64,000 bases of DNA, taken from Deltaproteobacteria bacterium. Its GTDB lineage: Bacteria > Desulfobacterota > Desulfuromonadia > Geobacterales > Pseudopelobacteraceae. Below are positions 27,621 to 37,209 of the stretch, piece by piece. Location of the stretch: positions 5,652-69,651 of the forward strand of contig JAJXUW010000001.1 of NCBI GenBank assembly GCA_021782545.1. The letters run 5' to 3'. The position numbers and the translations under genes were made by a program. The notes beneath the pieces are model-generated. The model made no database searches. It was not told where the DNA came from and worked only from the letters and a program-made list of their open reading frames with translations. How positions within the stretch are numbered: position 1 is the first letter of the stretch; each line of letters starts with the position of its first letter.

Positions 27621-28356
27621 ACTGCCACTCCGGGCAGAAACGCCGCAGCCGTCCGAGAACGGTTGGCGCATCAAACCCCTTTTGCCGATAGATCGTCAGG
27701 GCCTCGGTCACGTTCGCCTCGGGTACCGGCCCACGACAGCCTTCACAGGGGACGCCCAGCGAGGGACAGCGGGCGTCGCAACCGCCTGCAGTGAGGAGGC
27801 CCAGGCAGAGCATCCCCCGTTCCTGCAGCAGGCAGAGATTCTCACGCATTCGGCAGTCGCAGCATACCGGGAAACTTCGCTGCAGCGGCAGGGTGTCATG
27901 CAGCAGATCGGCCAAAAGTGCCAACAGTTCAGCCGGTTCCGGCGGACAACCGTGCACGGTGGCGTCTACCGTAACCACAGTGGATACTGGACGTGGGACA
28001 CCGTCGGCCGGTATCGGCTGATTGCCATAGACCTGCCGCCGCAATCGGGACCGCGGCCTGTCGTTACCCATTGCCGCCACACCGCCCCAGGCCGCACAGG
28101 TACCCAGCGCGATCAGTCGGCTGCTCCGCTTCCGTAGTTCCCGCAGCAAAAACGTATCGTGGCGGCTGGTACAACAGCCTTCAACCAGGGCCAGGTCATA
28201 CCTGCCTGTTAGCTCAACCGGTGAGATGGCGAGGGGGAAAAATTGGCATTCGACCTGCTCCAGCAGCAAGGACAACTCGGCCTCACAGTTGAGGAGTGCG
28301 AGTTGACAGCCGGAACAGCCGGAGAGTCCGGCTATGGCCAGGCGAGGCCGTTTCAT
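27604..28356 (-). CDS. NiFe hydrogenase small (delta) subunit, group 3b-like
   Basis: GCSGC, EG, GTCA..GG, GCPP, then CxxC, CLG, CxAxCP and CxGCRG Fe-S ligands. Confidence 0.9.
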   Translation of the reverse strand: MKRPRLAIAGLSGCSGCQLALLNCEAELSLLLEQVECQFFPLAISPVELTGRYDLALVEGCCTSRHDTFLLRELRKRSSRLIALGTCAAWGGVAAMGNDRPRSRLRRQVYGNQPIPADGVPRPVSTVVTVDATVHGCPPEPAELLALLADLLHDTLPLQRSFPVCCDCRMRENLCLLQERGMLCLGLLTAGGCDARCPSLGVPCEGCRGPVPEANVTEALTIYRQKGFDAPTVLGRLRRFCPEWQYGSGA

Positions 28357-29201
28357 AGCGCCCCTTCGATGGCTTGCAGTGCGCTGTAGGCAAAAACCGG
28401 CCCATCAATGCAGCAGAGCAGGGTGCCGACAGCGCAGTGCCCGCATACTCCCGTACCGCACTGCATCCTGCGCTCAAGCGAGAGATGGATTCGCTCGGGC
28501 GGGATGCCCAGTGCAAGCAGGGGCGGGATCAGCGAGCGGTAGGCCGCTGATGGGCCACAGAGGGGGACCGCGGTCCGTTGCGGCACGATCTCCAGCCCTT
28601 CCAGCAGGTCGGGTAGCAGGGCCACGCTGCAGCTGGGGATGCCGGGCGGACATGCCCCGGCCCGGTCAACTGCCAGGCGGATCGACAGGTCTTTACGGGT
28701 GGCCAGGTCGGCCAGTTCATGACGGAAGAGCAGGGCATCGGGCGCCTTGGCACCGTAGAGTAGTGTAAGCGCGCCGAAACAGGAACGTCGCTGCAGCAGG
28801 GCCAGCAAAAGTGAACGCAGCGGCGCCATGCCCAGTCCGCCGGCCACCAACAGCAGATTCGTGCCGGTATACTGCTCCAGCGGGAAACCGTGACCGAACG
28901 GGCCGCGGACCGCTACGCCATCCCCCACCACCGCGCTATGCAGGGCCGTGGTGACGCGCCCGGCCTTGCGGATGCAGAGCTCGATGCTGCCGTTTACTGA
29001 CGGCAGACCGCAGTATGAAATAGGGGCCTCCCCGACGCCTGCCACCGAAAGCTGCAGGAACTGGCCAGGTTGGAACCTGGCTGGTGTCGTCTGCTGCGTC
29101 GGCGACTGTTTGAGGAGTTGCAGCGTAAAAAGGGAGGTATCCCCGCTCAGCTGCCTGATGGCCTTGATACGGGCCGGTAGCGGTGTGGTCGACGTTGTCA
29201 T
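28353..29201 (-). CDS. Group 3b hydrogenase gamma subunit (FAD/NAD(P)-binding, AsrB-like)
   Basis: PGQF, GEAPIS, RGPFG, GGLGMAPLRS, LERRMQCGTGVCGHC...DGPVF. Confidence 0.9.
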   Translation of the reverse strand: MTTSTTPLPARIKAIRQLSGDTSLFTLQLLKQSPTQQTTPARFQPGQFLQLSVAGVGEAPISYCGLPSVNGSIELCIRKAGRVTTALHSAVVGDGVAVRGPFGHGFPLEQYTGTNLLLVAGGLGMAPLRSLLLALLQRRSCFGALTLLYGAKAPDALLFRHELADLATRKDLSIRLAVDRAGACPPGIPSCSVALLPDLLEGLEIVPQRTAVPLCGPSAAYRSLIPPLLALGIPPERIHLSLERRMQCGTGVCGHCAVGTLLCCIDGPVFAYSALQAIEGAL

Positions 29202-30187
29202 GGTGCGCCTTTCTCCAGGCGTTCCGCGAGGGGGCGCAGGTCCAGACCGGCTGGGCATTGGACCCGGCAGCGGCCGCAGCCGACACAGGAGGGAACCCCC
29301 TGTAGCGGCCCATACCCCCGGTATTTATGACGGTAACGGTAGCGGAAACGCTGTGCGCGATCCTTTTGAAAGGAGTGGCCACCGGCCACTTCGGCGTGGC
29401 CTTTAAAGAGGCAGTTATCCCAGCGCAGCAGCCGTTCGGCCGTTCGGCCATCCAGACCACCAAACTCAAGCAGTTCAAAACAGGAACAGGTTGGGCAGGC
29501 GAGGGAACAGGCCCCACATCCCAGGCAGTGGTTGGCCAGTTCCTGCCAGTCGGGCAGGCGGGGATCGAGCTCGGTCTGAGGCGGCGGTGGCATCGCTACG
29601 CCGAAATGGTCGCGTGGTGAGGGCGGCGGTTTCGGTTCGTAATCCCGCAGTAGGTCGGCCGTAGCCTGGCAGATGGCACTACCGCGCGGTGTCTCTGGCA
29701 TCAGCAGAAAGCCCGTTGCGGTCTGGTGCAGGAACAGGTCGCAGGCGGCAGGCAGCGGTGAGGGGGAGAGATGGCAGGAACAGTATGCATCGGGGCGGCA
29801 TGAACTACCGATCAGGGTGAGCCGTTGCCGCCTGGCGGCGTAGATCGGGTCTGGCTGATCGCCGAAAAATTGGCGGTCCAGGTAGGCAATGGCCGCCAGG
29901 TCGCACGGATGCAGCCCAAGGAGGATCAGTCGGGTAGTGGCCTGGAGTGGTAGGTGATAGCCGTCCGCCTGCGTGTATCTGAGGACGGTGTCATTGGGGG
30001 GCAGCAGATACTTTTTAGGTGGCAGCAGGCTGCGCAGCGCCTGTAGATCAGGTATGACCCCCTGCTGCACAACATCAAAACGGACGGCGCCATCACGGCC
30101 GCGCAGCGGTGCATGCAGCTCACCGTCTGTTCCCAGGCGATCCAACCATGCCTTGATGTCGGCGTGTGGCAGCAGCAAAGACGGCAT
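29198..30187 (-). CDS. Group 3b hydrogenase beta subunit (AsrA-like Fe-S protein)
   Basis: PPKKYL, HPCD, CLGCGACSLACPTCSC, CVGCGRCRVQCP. Confidence 0.9.
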   Translation of the reverse strand: MPSLLLPHADIKAWLDRLGTDGELHAPLRGRDGAVRFDVVQQGVIPDLQALRSLLPPKKYLLPPNDTVLRYTQADGYHLPLQATTRLILLGLHPCDLAAIAYLDRQFFGDQPDPIYAARRQRLTLIGSSCRPDAYCSCHLSPSPLPAACDLFLHQTATGFLLMPETPRGSAICQATADLLRDYEPKPPPSPRDHFGVAMPPPPQTELDPRLPDWQELANHCLGCGACSLACPTCSCFELLEFGGLDGRTAERLLRWDNCLFKGHAEVAGGHSFQKDRAQRFRYRYRHKYRGYGPLQGVPSCVGCGRCRVQCPAGLDLRPLAERLEKGAP

Positions 30188-30319
30188 GCGAACTCCTTCG
30201 TAAAAAGTCTAGCAGGGAACCGTCCGAATGCAACGCCGCTTGCGGATGCCCCGTTTTATGGTACATGGGCATAGTGGGGAGGGACATGCCCCGACTTATA
30301 CATGAGGAGGAAGTCTCGT

Positions 30320-30697
30320 ATGAACGTACAACGTGTCATGGTGACAGCGGCCGTTCTGGCGGCAGTGATGGCAGTGGGCGGTGAATCCTTCGCCCGTGGC
30401 GGCGGTAGGGGGGGCGGCGGCATGGGGCAGATGGGTGGGGCTGGCCAAGGGATGCAGCTACGTGACGGCAGTGGTGGAAATAACCAGGTAGAAACGCAGA
30501 CGCGGGAACAGGTACAGACCCAGGAACGGGTGCAGACTCAGGAACAACAGCAGCTGCGCGACGGTAGCGGGGCCGCCACCACTCCCCGCCAAGGGACCGG
30601 ACAAGGTCAACAGCGCCGGCTTGGTCCGGGTGACGGCACCGGTACCGGCATCCGCCCCCAAGATGGCACCGGTTATGGAAGCCCGGCGACGAAATAG
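30320..30697 (+). CDS. Small secreted Gly/Gln-rich repeat protein of unknown function
   Basis: SD GAGGAGG; signal peptide ending ESFA; QLRDGSG twice, QTQE repeats, GPGDGTG and PQDGTGYG. Confidence 0.7.
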   Translation: MNVQRVMVTAAVLAAVMAVGGESFARGGGRGGGGMGQMGGAGQGMQLRDGSGGNNQVETQTREQVQTQERVQTQEQQQLRDGSGAATTPRQGTGQGQQRRLGPGDGTGTGIRPQDGTGYGSPATK

Positions 30698-30712
30698 TAC
30701 CGCTACGGGAGG

Positions 30713-31492
30713 CTAGTCCATGCTGCCGCTGCGATACCCGGATGGCTCGATAACCGTCTGGGCAAAGCCGGCGTTTGCGCAGACGGCCTGGATGGTCGCC
30801 TGCATGGCCGGTGTATGGGCGGCAGCCAATTCGTCGGCGCCGAACTCAAGCCGTGCGATGTCGCCTGTACAGCGGACGCGCACGACCCTGAACTGCAGGT
30901 CGTGCAACGCCTCTTCACAGGTCTCAACCCGGTGCAGATCATCCTCCGTTATGGCGGTATGGTGGGGAAACCGGGTCAGCAGGCAGCTTTGTGCCGGCTT
31001 GTTCCAGCTGGGCAGGCCGAGTTGTCTGCTTAAGGATCGGACCTCGTCCTTGGCAAAGCCGACTGCCTGCAAGGGGGAAGCTATGGCCAGTTCAGCGAGG
31101 GCACGCCGGCCCGGGCGGTGGGCGTGCAGATCATCAATGGTGCTGCCGTCACAGAGGGTATAACCGGAGGGGATGGCATCGCGGCACAGCATGAGCAGTC
31201 GCCGTTTGCAACGGTAACAGCGATCATCAGGATTGTGATGCAGATCGGTGAGCTCAGACCAGTCAAGCCGCAACTCAAGTTGGCGGACGCCGATTAGGGC
31301 TGCCAGATTGCGGGCCTCGGCCAGTTCTCGGCGAAACTGCATCGGGCCGGTAACGGTGATACCGACCGCCTGATCTCCCAAGGCATCATGGGCCGCCTTG
31401 AGCAGCAGGGTGGAGTCGACGCCGCCGGAAAAGGCGACCGCAATAGGTCCTGCCTGCCGCAGGTAGTAAAGAAGCTGCTGGTACCGTTCCAT
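30713..31492 (-). CDS. larE: LarE-like ATP-dependent sulfur transferase (PP-loop)
   Basis: AFSGGVDST PP-loop, RCYRCK, DGS..DD...RPG, KPAQSCLLTRFP, C-terminal GYRSGSM. Confidence 0.85.
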   Translation of the reverse strand: MERYQQLLYYLRQAGPIAVAFSGGVDSTLLLKAAHDALGDQAVGITVTGPMQFRRELAEARNLAALIGVRQLELRLDWSELTDLHHNPDDRCYRCKRRLLMLCRDAIPSGYTLCDGSTIDDLHAHRPGRRALAELAIASPLQAVGFAKDEVRSLSRQLGLPSWNKPAQSCLLTRFPHHTAITEDDLHRVETCEEALHDLQFRVVRVRCTGDIARLEFGADELAAAHTPAMQATIQAVCANAGFAQTVIEPSGYRSGSMD

Positions 31493-31507
31493 ATCCCGTA
31501 TCCCAAT

Positions 31508-31531
31508 AAAAACGCCCCGTATGGGGCGTTT
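31508..31531 (-). terminator. Intrinsic terminator after cysK
   Basis: AAACGCCCC-gtat-GGGGCGTTT; on the minus strand the hairpin runs into TTTTTATT. Confidence 0.7.
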
Positions 31532-31552
31532 GCATCAGCCCGCCACCAGTAC

Positions 31553-32473
31553 TCAATCGAATATGCCGGTGGAGAGGTACCGTTCGCCCGAATCCGGCAG
31601 GATGACCACAACGTGTTTGCCATGCCCGAGTTTCCGGGCGAGCTGCAGGGCTCCGGCAAGGGCCGCACCGCAGGAGATTCCCGCAAGGATTCCTTCCTTT
31701 CGGGCCAGATCACGGGCATGTTCAAAGGCCGCTTCGTTGGTGACCGCGATGACCTCATCATAGATTGAGGTGTTCAAGACCTCGGGGATGAAGCCGGCAC
31801 CGATCCCTTGAATTTTGTGGGGGGCCGGTTGCCCTCCGGAAAGGACCGGCGAATCGGCCGGCTCGACAGCGGCAATCAAGATGGCGGGGTTATGCTGACG
31901 TAACACCTCACCGGCACCGGTGATGGTGCCTCCCGTACCGACGCCGGCCACAAAGCCGTCAATGGATGTACCGGCCATGTCACGAATGATCTCCGGCCCG
32001 GTGGTGCGCCTATGCACCTCGGGGTTGGCCGGGTTTTTGAATTGTTGCGGCAGCAGACAGTGCCGCTCAGCAGCGATGTCCTCGGCCCGTTGGACTGCCC
32101 CTTTCATGCCCAGATGCCCTGGGGTCAGGACCAGTTCGGCACCATAGGCAGCCAGCAGACGGCGGCGTTCCAGCGACATGGTCTCCGGCATGGTCAGGAT
32201 CAGGTGATATCCCTTGACGGCGCAGACCAGTGCCAGGCCGATGCCGGTATTTCCGCTGGTCGGTTCGACGATGGTGGCCCCTGCCGTCAGCCGCCCATCT
32301 GACTCGGCCGCCTCAATCATCGCCAAGGCGATCCGGTCTTTGATGCTGCCGCCGGGGTTGCTCGATTCGAGCTTGGCGTAGATGGTTGCCATGCCAGGCG
32401 TGACTAGGCGGTTCAATCTAACCAGCCGGGTGTTCCCGATTGCAGGTAAACAGGTTTCGCAGATACGCTCCAT
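31553..32473 (-). CDS. cysK: Cysteine synthase A
   Basis: NPGGSIKDR (PLP Lys), [30 protein letters not shown]. Confidence 0.95.
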   Translation of the reverse strand: MERICETCLPAIGNTRLVRLNRLVTPGMATIYAKLESSNPGGSIKDRIALAMIEAAESDGRLTAGATIVEPTSGNTGIGLALVCAVKGYHLILTMPETMSLERRRLLAAYGAELVLTPGHLGMKGAVQRAEDIAAERHCLLPQQFKNPANPEVHRRTTGPEIIRDMAGTSIDGFVAGVGTGGTITGAGEVLRQHNPAILIAAVEPADSPVLSGGQPAPHKIQGIGAGFIPEVLNTSIYDEVIAVTNEAAFEHARDLARKEGILAGISCGAALAGALQLARKLGHGKHVVVILPDSGERYLSTGIFD

Positions 32474-32500
32474 AGTAGTCCCCAATCCTGCCGCAGCCCT

Positions 32501-32974
32501 TTAGATATAGTACATGAAGCGGTGATCTTGCTCCTTCTTGATGCCCATATCCTGGCCGCGCTGACAGAGGGTCTGCAGGGTCATCTTGCCGAACAGCTCC
32601 GAGAGCAGTTCATTGGCATCCTGCCAGACCGTCTGGGTGACACAGTTGCCCTCGAAGGGACACTCGTTCTTGCGGCGGCGTTTTTTCCCCTCACCAGCGC
32701 AGTCTACCATCAACACGTCCTGCTCTGTGGCCTTGATGATCTCCAGTACGGTGATCTCTTCGGGCTTTTTGGCCAGGGCATACCCGCCCTGCGGCCCCCG
32801 TTTGCTTTTCAGGATGCCGGCCTTTTTGAGGTTCTGAAAGATCTGTTCGAGATAGCGGGGGGATATCTCCTGACGGCGTGAGATGTCTTGAATCTGTGCC
32901 GGCGTGCCGTTGCAGTTGTAGGCGATATCAAAGAGCGCCCGCAGTCCGTAGCGGCTTTTGGTTGACAAACGCAT
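32501..32974 (-). CDS. Rrf2 family transcriptional regulator (IscR/CymR-like, three Cys)
   Basis: LSTKSRYGLR, ISPRYLEQIF, SKRGPQGGY, C...C.....C.T..VW. Confidence 0.92.
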   Translation of the reverse strand: MRLSTKSRYGLRALFDIAYNCNGTPAQIQDISRRQEISPRYLEQIFQNLKKAGILKSKRGPQGGYALAKKPEEITVLEIIKATEQDVLMVDCAGEGKKRRRKNECPFEGNCVTQTVWQDANELLSELFGKMTLQTLCQRGQDMGIKKEQDHRFMYYI

Positions 32975-33016
32975 GGAGTCCTCCTAGTGCGTGGATAACA
33001 TTAGTGTATACAGGTA

Positions 33017-33045
33017 GCTATAGGATACAACAGTTGTATTGTCAA
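33017..33045 (-). promoter_or_regulatory. Sigma70 promoter of rrf2-cysK with a palindromic operator in the spacer
   Basis: Minus strand TTGACA-N17-TATAGC; the spacer contains ATACAAC-t-GTTGTAT. Confidence 0.7.
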
Positions 33046-33094
33046 GAAAAATGGCGGCAGTATATGGGTAATTCCACAGAAACCGTATGGAGCA

Positions 33095-33868
33095 TCATTG
33101 GATGGGATCTAGCGCTCGGGCAACGGTGACGCAACAAACCGCAGCCGCTCCGGCCGTAAGCAGGCAACGGGAACACTCCGCCAGCGTTGAACCGGTCGTG
33201 AATACGTCATCAACGAGCAGTATCCGTTTGGCCCGGATAGCGGCAGGATCGGGTACCGAGAAGGCTCCACGTAGATTTGCCGCCCGTTCTGCGGCCGAGA
33301 GCCTGGTTTGCGATACGGTGTTGCGGGAACGTCTGAGGCCCTGGCGGAGTAACGGCAGCTGCCATCTGTCGGACAACCCTTCGGCCAAAAGCAACGCCTG
33401 GTTGAAACCGCGCATCGTGAGCCGGTCGTGGTGCAGCGGTACCGGGATGAGGAGGTCGGCCTGGCAGGCGGCCGCAAAGCGGGAGAGTTGTTCAGCGATA
33501 AGCAACGCCAGTGAACGGCGCAAATGAAAACGGTTGCGGTACTTGAAGGCCTGGATCAACTCCTGACATCCGCCCTCGTAGGAAAAGGCGGCCCGTGCCT
33601 GTTCCCAGGGGGGATGCTGTTGCAGACAGGCGCCGCAGGGGTGATCGGAGACCGCCCCGGTGAACGGCCTGCCGCAGACGGTACAACAGGGGGAAGATAC
33701 CTCTGCCAGGCTTGTGCGGCAGGCCTGGCAGAGGTGGATTGGTCCCGTCTGCGGGATGAAACAACGGCAGAGGTGACAACGCGGTGGCAGCGCCAGGTCA
33801 AGCAGTGCATTGCCAAGATGGCGAAGCGGGGCCGTGATTGCCTGGTGCAGGCGATCCGGAGGCCGCAC
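33095..33868 (-). CDS. comF: ComF family protein (zinc ribbon plus PRTase)
   Basis: Four CxxC, PVPLH...RGFNQA, R.NL.GAF, LVDDVFTTGST. Start set at the GTG after GGAG (uncertain). Confidence 0.85.
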   Translation of the reverse strand: MRPPDRLHQAITAPLRHLGNALLDLALPPRCHLCRCFIPQTGPIHLCQACRTSLAEVSSPCCTVCGRPFTGAVSDHPCGACLQQHPPWEQARAAFSYEGGCQELIQAFKYRNRFHLRRSLALLIAEQLSRFAAACQADLLIPVPLHHDRLTMRGFNQALLLAEGLSDRWQLPLLRQGLRRSRNTVSQTRLSAAERAANLRGAFSVPDPAAIRAKRILLVDDVFTTGSTLAECSRCLLTAGAAAVCCVTVARALDPIQ

Positions 33869-33882
33869 GAAGGGGTGTCTCC

Positions 33883-34536
33883 CTAAAACCCTAGGTCGGC
33901 GTTGACCACCAGTACATGCAGGTCGGTCAGACGCGGCCTGCGGTCGATAATTGTGGTCACGCGGCAGATGCGTTCCGGCGAGTTGCAGTCGCTGCAAAAA
34001 CCGGTGCTGGCGCAGGGGGTTTTGTAGTTGAGCCGTTTGGCGTTGGGGGGGGTGGCCCAGGTCTTTACCCGCTGAATCGCCTCCTGGGGGCTGCCGTCAA
34101 CCAGTTTGTTGCGGCCAGCCACCACGATTACCTTGCGGGGGCCGAACTGCATGGCGCCGACACGGTTGCCGACGCCGTCAATGTTGACCAGTTCGCCACG
34201 CAGGGTCAGGGCGTTGGTTCCGCACAAAAACAGGTCGCAGGTAAGCTCTCGCCGCAAGACGTTCAGTTTCTCATCAGCAGACAGGCCTGGCATGCTATGG
34301 TTGAGGATCTCCTTGCCGTTTTCCGCCAGTTTGGCCTCAACCCCCAGCCCGGCGATGGTCATCGACCCGCCAAACCCTACAGTTTCGGCGTCGGAGGCCT
34401 CTCGCAGGATATACTGGGCCGCTTCTTCCGGCGTAGTGCAGTAAGCTGCAGTGAAACCGTTGGTCTCCAATGCCGCCACCGCCTTGCGGCATTTTTGTCC
34501 CCAACTCCAGGCGGTCAGTTCGTCGGTCATACTCAT
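33883..34536 (-). CDS. LUD-domain (lactate utilization-like) protein
   Basis: GFGGSMT, TNALT..GELVNIDG.GNRV, GRNK, C-terminal PC..TG.C.DC.SPERIC. Confidence 0.8.
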   Translation of the reverse strand: MSMTDELTAWSWGQKCRKAVAALETNGFTAAYCTTPEEAAQYILREASDAETVGFGGSMTIAGLGVEAKLAENGKEILNHSMPGLSADEKLNVLRRELTCDLFLCGTNALTLRGELVNIDGVGNRVGAMQFGPRKVIVVAGRNKLVDGSPQEAIQRVKTWATPPNAKRLNYKTPCASTGFCSDCNSPERICRVTTIIDRRPRLTDLHVLVVNADLGF

Positions 34537-35903
34537 AGCGCGCTCCTTGTTTCAGGTTGTGGTAAGTGTAGTGTGAAGGTGGTGCCTTTTCCCGGTTGGC
34601 TGACGACGTCGATGGTGCCGTTATGGGCGGCCACCAGTTCTCGTACGATAGCGAGCCCCAACCCCAATCCTCCTTGTTTGCCTTTGTAAAAGCGCTCAAA
34701 GATGTGGGGCAACAATTCAGCCGGTATGCCGTGGCCGTTGTCGGCGACCTCAATTACAACGGCCTTGGCGGCTGCGGCGGCGCGCAATTCCACCTGGCCA
34801 TGTTCGGGCAGCGCCCGCAACGCATTGGTCAAGAGGTTAATCACTATCTGGCTTAAGCGGTCAGGGTCGGCCCAGACGGTCAGCCCTGCGGGACAGGCTA
34901 CCACGATACGGGCCTGCTTGTCTTCAGCCAACCGGCCAAAGCGGGTGGCTATCCCGTCAAAAAGCGCTGTTAGTTGTACGGCCTCGCGCTGCAGATTCAA
35001 AAAACTTGCCTCGGCCTTGGTGAGGTCGTCAACGCCATCCAGGATGGCGGTCAGGCGGGTGGCCTCCTGGTGCAGCGATTGGAGCGATTGGGGCGAGGTG
35101 GGCAGTAGACCGTCCTGCATCCCTTCCAGTTCCCCGCGAAGCACCATCAGCGGGGTACGCAGTTCATGGGCGGCGTTGGAAACCAGTTGTCGTCGCAGCT
35201 TTTCGTGCTTTTCAAGCGAGTCGGCCATCCGGTTGAAGGCTGCCGCCAGTCGGCCGATCTCGTCGGCGGTGGCGATCTGTACCCGTTGTCCCAGGTCGCC
35301 GTCTGCAATCTTTTCAGCCGCTGCCGTCAGTTGCCGCAGCGGGTTGGCGAGGCGACGTGCGAAAAAAGCGCCCAGGCCCAGCGAAAGCAGCCCCAGGGCC
35401 AGTACCGACCCGATTAAAAAACGGTTGGCTGCCTGCAGGAAACGTTGTTCTTCGAGCGGACGCAACAGGCGCGCCTCCAGCCAGCCCTGTTCCTGATTGT
35501 GAAAGGTGACGGCGTAGGTGGTAAACGGCCCCTTGGGCCGGGCACCGTACCCATAGCCGGTATCGATCAGTATCCGTCGCTTGGTCAGCAGTGGCAGTTT
35601 TTGCAAGGCCCGATCCGTATCGAGCAGCAGATTCCCCTCTGGATCGAACAGTCTGGTCTCGATACCGCTTTGGAGGGCCCGGACCAGTTCTGTGGTCACG
35701 GCACTGCGTTGCAACCAGCGGGGCTGCGCAAGGGCGGTCTCGAGAGAGGTCAGGACCTGGAAGACCCGCTCCTGATCACGGGCGGCAATGTGCCTCTTGA
35801 AATCCCTGATCATCAGGTCGCGCAAGACAAAGGCAGAAGCGAGCGCCACCAGGCAGACCAGCAGCATCAACACCAAGAGCTTGCGTTGCAGGTTAAAGCG
35901 CAT
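34533..35903 (-). CDS. BaeS-like sensor histidine kinase
   Basis: Two TM segments, HAMP DEIGRLAAAFNRMA, AHELRTPL, NLLTNA, DNGHG, GLGLGL. True start MRFNLQRKL. Confidence 0.92.
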   Translation of the reverse strand: MRFNLQRKLLVLMLLVCLVALASAFVLRDLMIRDFKRHIAARDQERVFQVLTSLETALAQPRWLQRSAVTTELVRALQSGIETRLFDPEGNLLLDTDRALQKLPLLTKRRILIDTGYGYGARPKGPFTTYAVTFHNQEQGWLEARLLRPLEEQRFLQAANRFLIGSVLALGLLSLGLGAFFARRLANPLRQLTAAAEKIADGDLGQRVQIATADEIGRLAAAFNRMADSLEKHEKLRRQLVSNAAHELRTPLMVLRGELEGMQDGLLPTSPQSLQSLHQEATRLTAILDGVDDLTKAEASFLNLQREAVQLTALFDGIATRFGRLAEDKQARIVVACPAGLTVWADPDRLSQIVINLLTNALRALPEHGQVELRAAAAAKAVVIEVADNGHGIPAELLPHIFERFYKGKQGGLGLGLAIVRELVAAHNGTIDVVSQPGKGTTFTLHLPQPETRSAL

Positions 35904-36594
35904 CGCGTACTCCGCAAAACTGGTAGCCGATCCCATAGATGGTCTTGAGGTATTCGGGGGTGCGACTGTCCCGCTCGATCTTTTGACGCAGGTTTTTGAT
36001 ATGGGCATCGATACTGCGTTCGTAGCCCTCAAACTGGTAGCCGAGCGCACGCGATACCAGTTCGTCTCGGGTGAAGGTGCGCCCGGGAGCACCCGCCATG
36101 GTCAGCAGCAGCTTGAATTCGGACGGGGTGATCGCCACCGGCTGACCGTCCTTGGTGACGGCATGTCGCCTGGTGTCCAGCACCAAGGCACCTTGGTTGA
36201 AGCTTAAGGGGTTCGCGGCTCCTTCGGGGGCATCATATCGTCTGAGTACCGCCTTGACACGGTAGACCAGTTCACGTGGTGAGACAGGCTTGACGACATA
36301 GTCGTCGGCCCCCAGGGCAAAGCCGGCAATTCGTTCTTCTTCCGACGACTTGGCGGTCAGCATGATTACCGGGATATCGTCGAGTTCCTTGATCTCCTGG
36401 CAGATCTCCTCGCCGCTGGTATCCGGCAGGCCCAGGTCGAGAATCACGGCGAGGGGCAACTCCCGCGTAAAGGCGGTGCGGGCGGCGACGCCACTGTCGG
36501 CGTGCACCACGCGGAAATCGGCCCCTTCAAGGTAGGCCTTGATGATCCGTGCGATCTTCAGGTCGTCTTCGACTATCAGGATCGGTCGTTGCAT
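35893..36594 (-). CDS. OmpR family response regulator
   Basis: ILIVEDD, LDLGLP, GADDYVVKP, ERSIDAHIKNLRQK, TIYGIGY. Confidence 0.95.
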   Translation of the reverse strand: MQRPILIVEDDLKIARIIKAYLEGADFRVVHADSGVAARTAFTRELPLAVILDLGLPDTSGEEICQEIKELDDIPVIMLTAKSSEEERIAGFALGADDYVVKPVSPRELVYRVKAVLRRYDAPEGAANPLSFNQGALVLDTRRHAVTKDGQPVAITPSEFKLLLTMAGAPGRTFTRDELVSRALGYQFEGYERSIDAHIKNLRQKIERDSRTPEYLKTIYGIGYQFCGVRDAL

Positions 36595-36611
36595 GACGGT
36601 AGTTATAAACG

Positions 36612-36642
36612 GAAAGGGGTGGGTTCGCAACCCACCCCTTTC
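36612..36642 (-). terminator. Strong hairpin (terminator or attenuator) between the Spy-like gene and the response regulator
   Basis: Perfect 14-bp stem GAAAGGGGTGGGTT-cgc-AACCCACCCCTTTC. Confidence 0.75.
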
Positions 36643-36668
36643 GGTGTTACCTGCAGAGGGCTCTGCAA

Positions 36669-37112
36669 TTACTTGGCAGGAGCCGGTGCCGGCGGCATCG
36701 GCATTGATCCCATGCCGGCGCCCATGCCCATGTTGCACATCTTGCCGCCCATCATTCCTTTGCCGCCCATCTTGCCCATCGGCAGACCCGACTTTACGCG
36801 GGCATCGTACATCTTTTGACGGAGTTGCAGCATCTCGCCTTGCAGCTTGGCGATTTTTGCGGTGTCAGGCTTGTCCTTGATGTACTCCTGCTGCATCTCG
36901 ATATGCTTCTTGTGCATCTCTTCACGAATCGGCAGGGTGTCGGCAATGAACTTCTTGTACTGTGCAGCGTACGGCCCTTGTGCATAGGCCGGTCCCATCA
37001 TCTGGCCACCCATGCCGGCGCCGGGGCCCATCGCCATGCCGCCAGCGGCAAATACCGAACCTGCAGTGGCAAGGGCGGCAACTACGGTCAGTGTCGCGAT
37101 ACTCAGTTTCAT
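36669..37112 (-). CDS. Periplasmic Spy/CpxP/ZraP-like protein, Met/Gly-rich
   Basis: Signal peptide ending VFA, helical core with PD.AKI.KL..E...LR, Met/Gly-rich ends, SD GAGGAGG; lies upstream of the two-component pair. Confidence 0.75.
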   Translation of the reverse strand: MKLSIATLTVVAALATAGSVFAAGGMAMGPGAGMGGQMMGPAYAQGPYAAQYKKFIADTLPIREEMHKKHIEMQQEYIKDKPDTAKIAKLQGEMLQLRQKMYDARVKSGLPMGKMGGKGMMGGKMCNMGMGAGMGSMPMPPAPAPAK

Positions 37113-37209
37113 GATGCATTCCTCCTCGTTTGGTGGTGTTGTGGAATTGTTGGTACCACAATCATCTCTTTTGATGGTTACACCGTACCAAACCATTCGG
37201 TAGTAGTAA

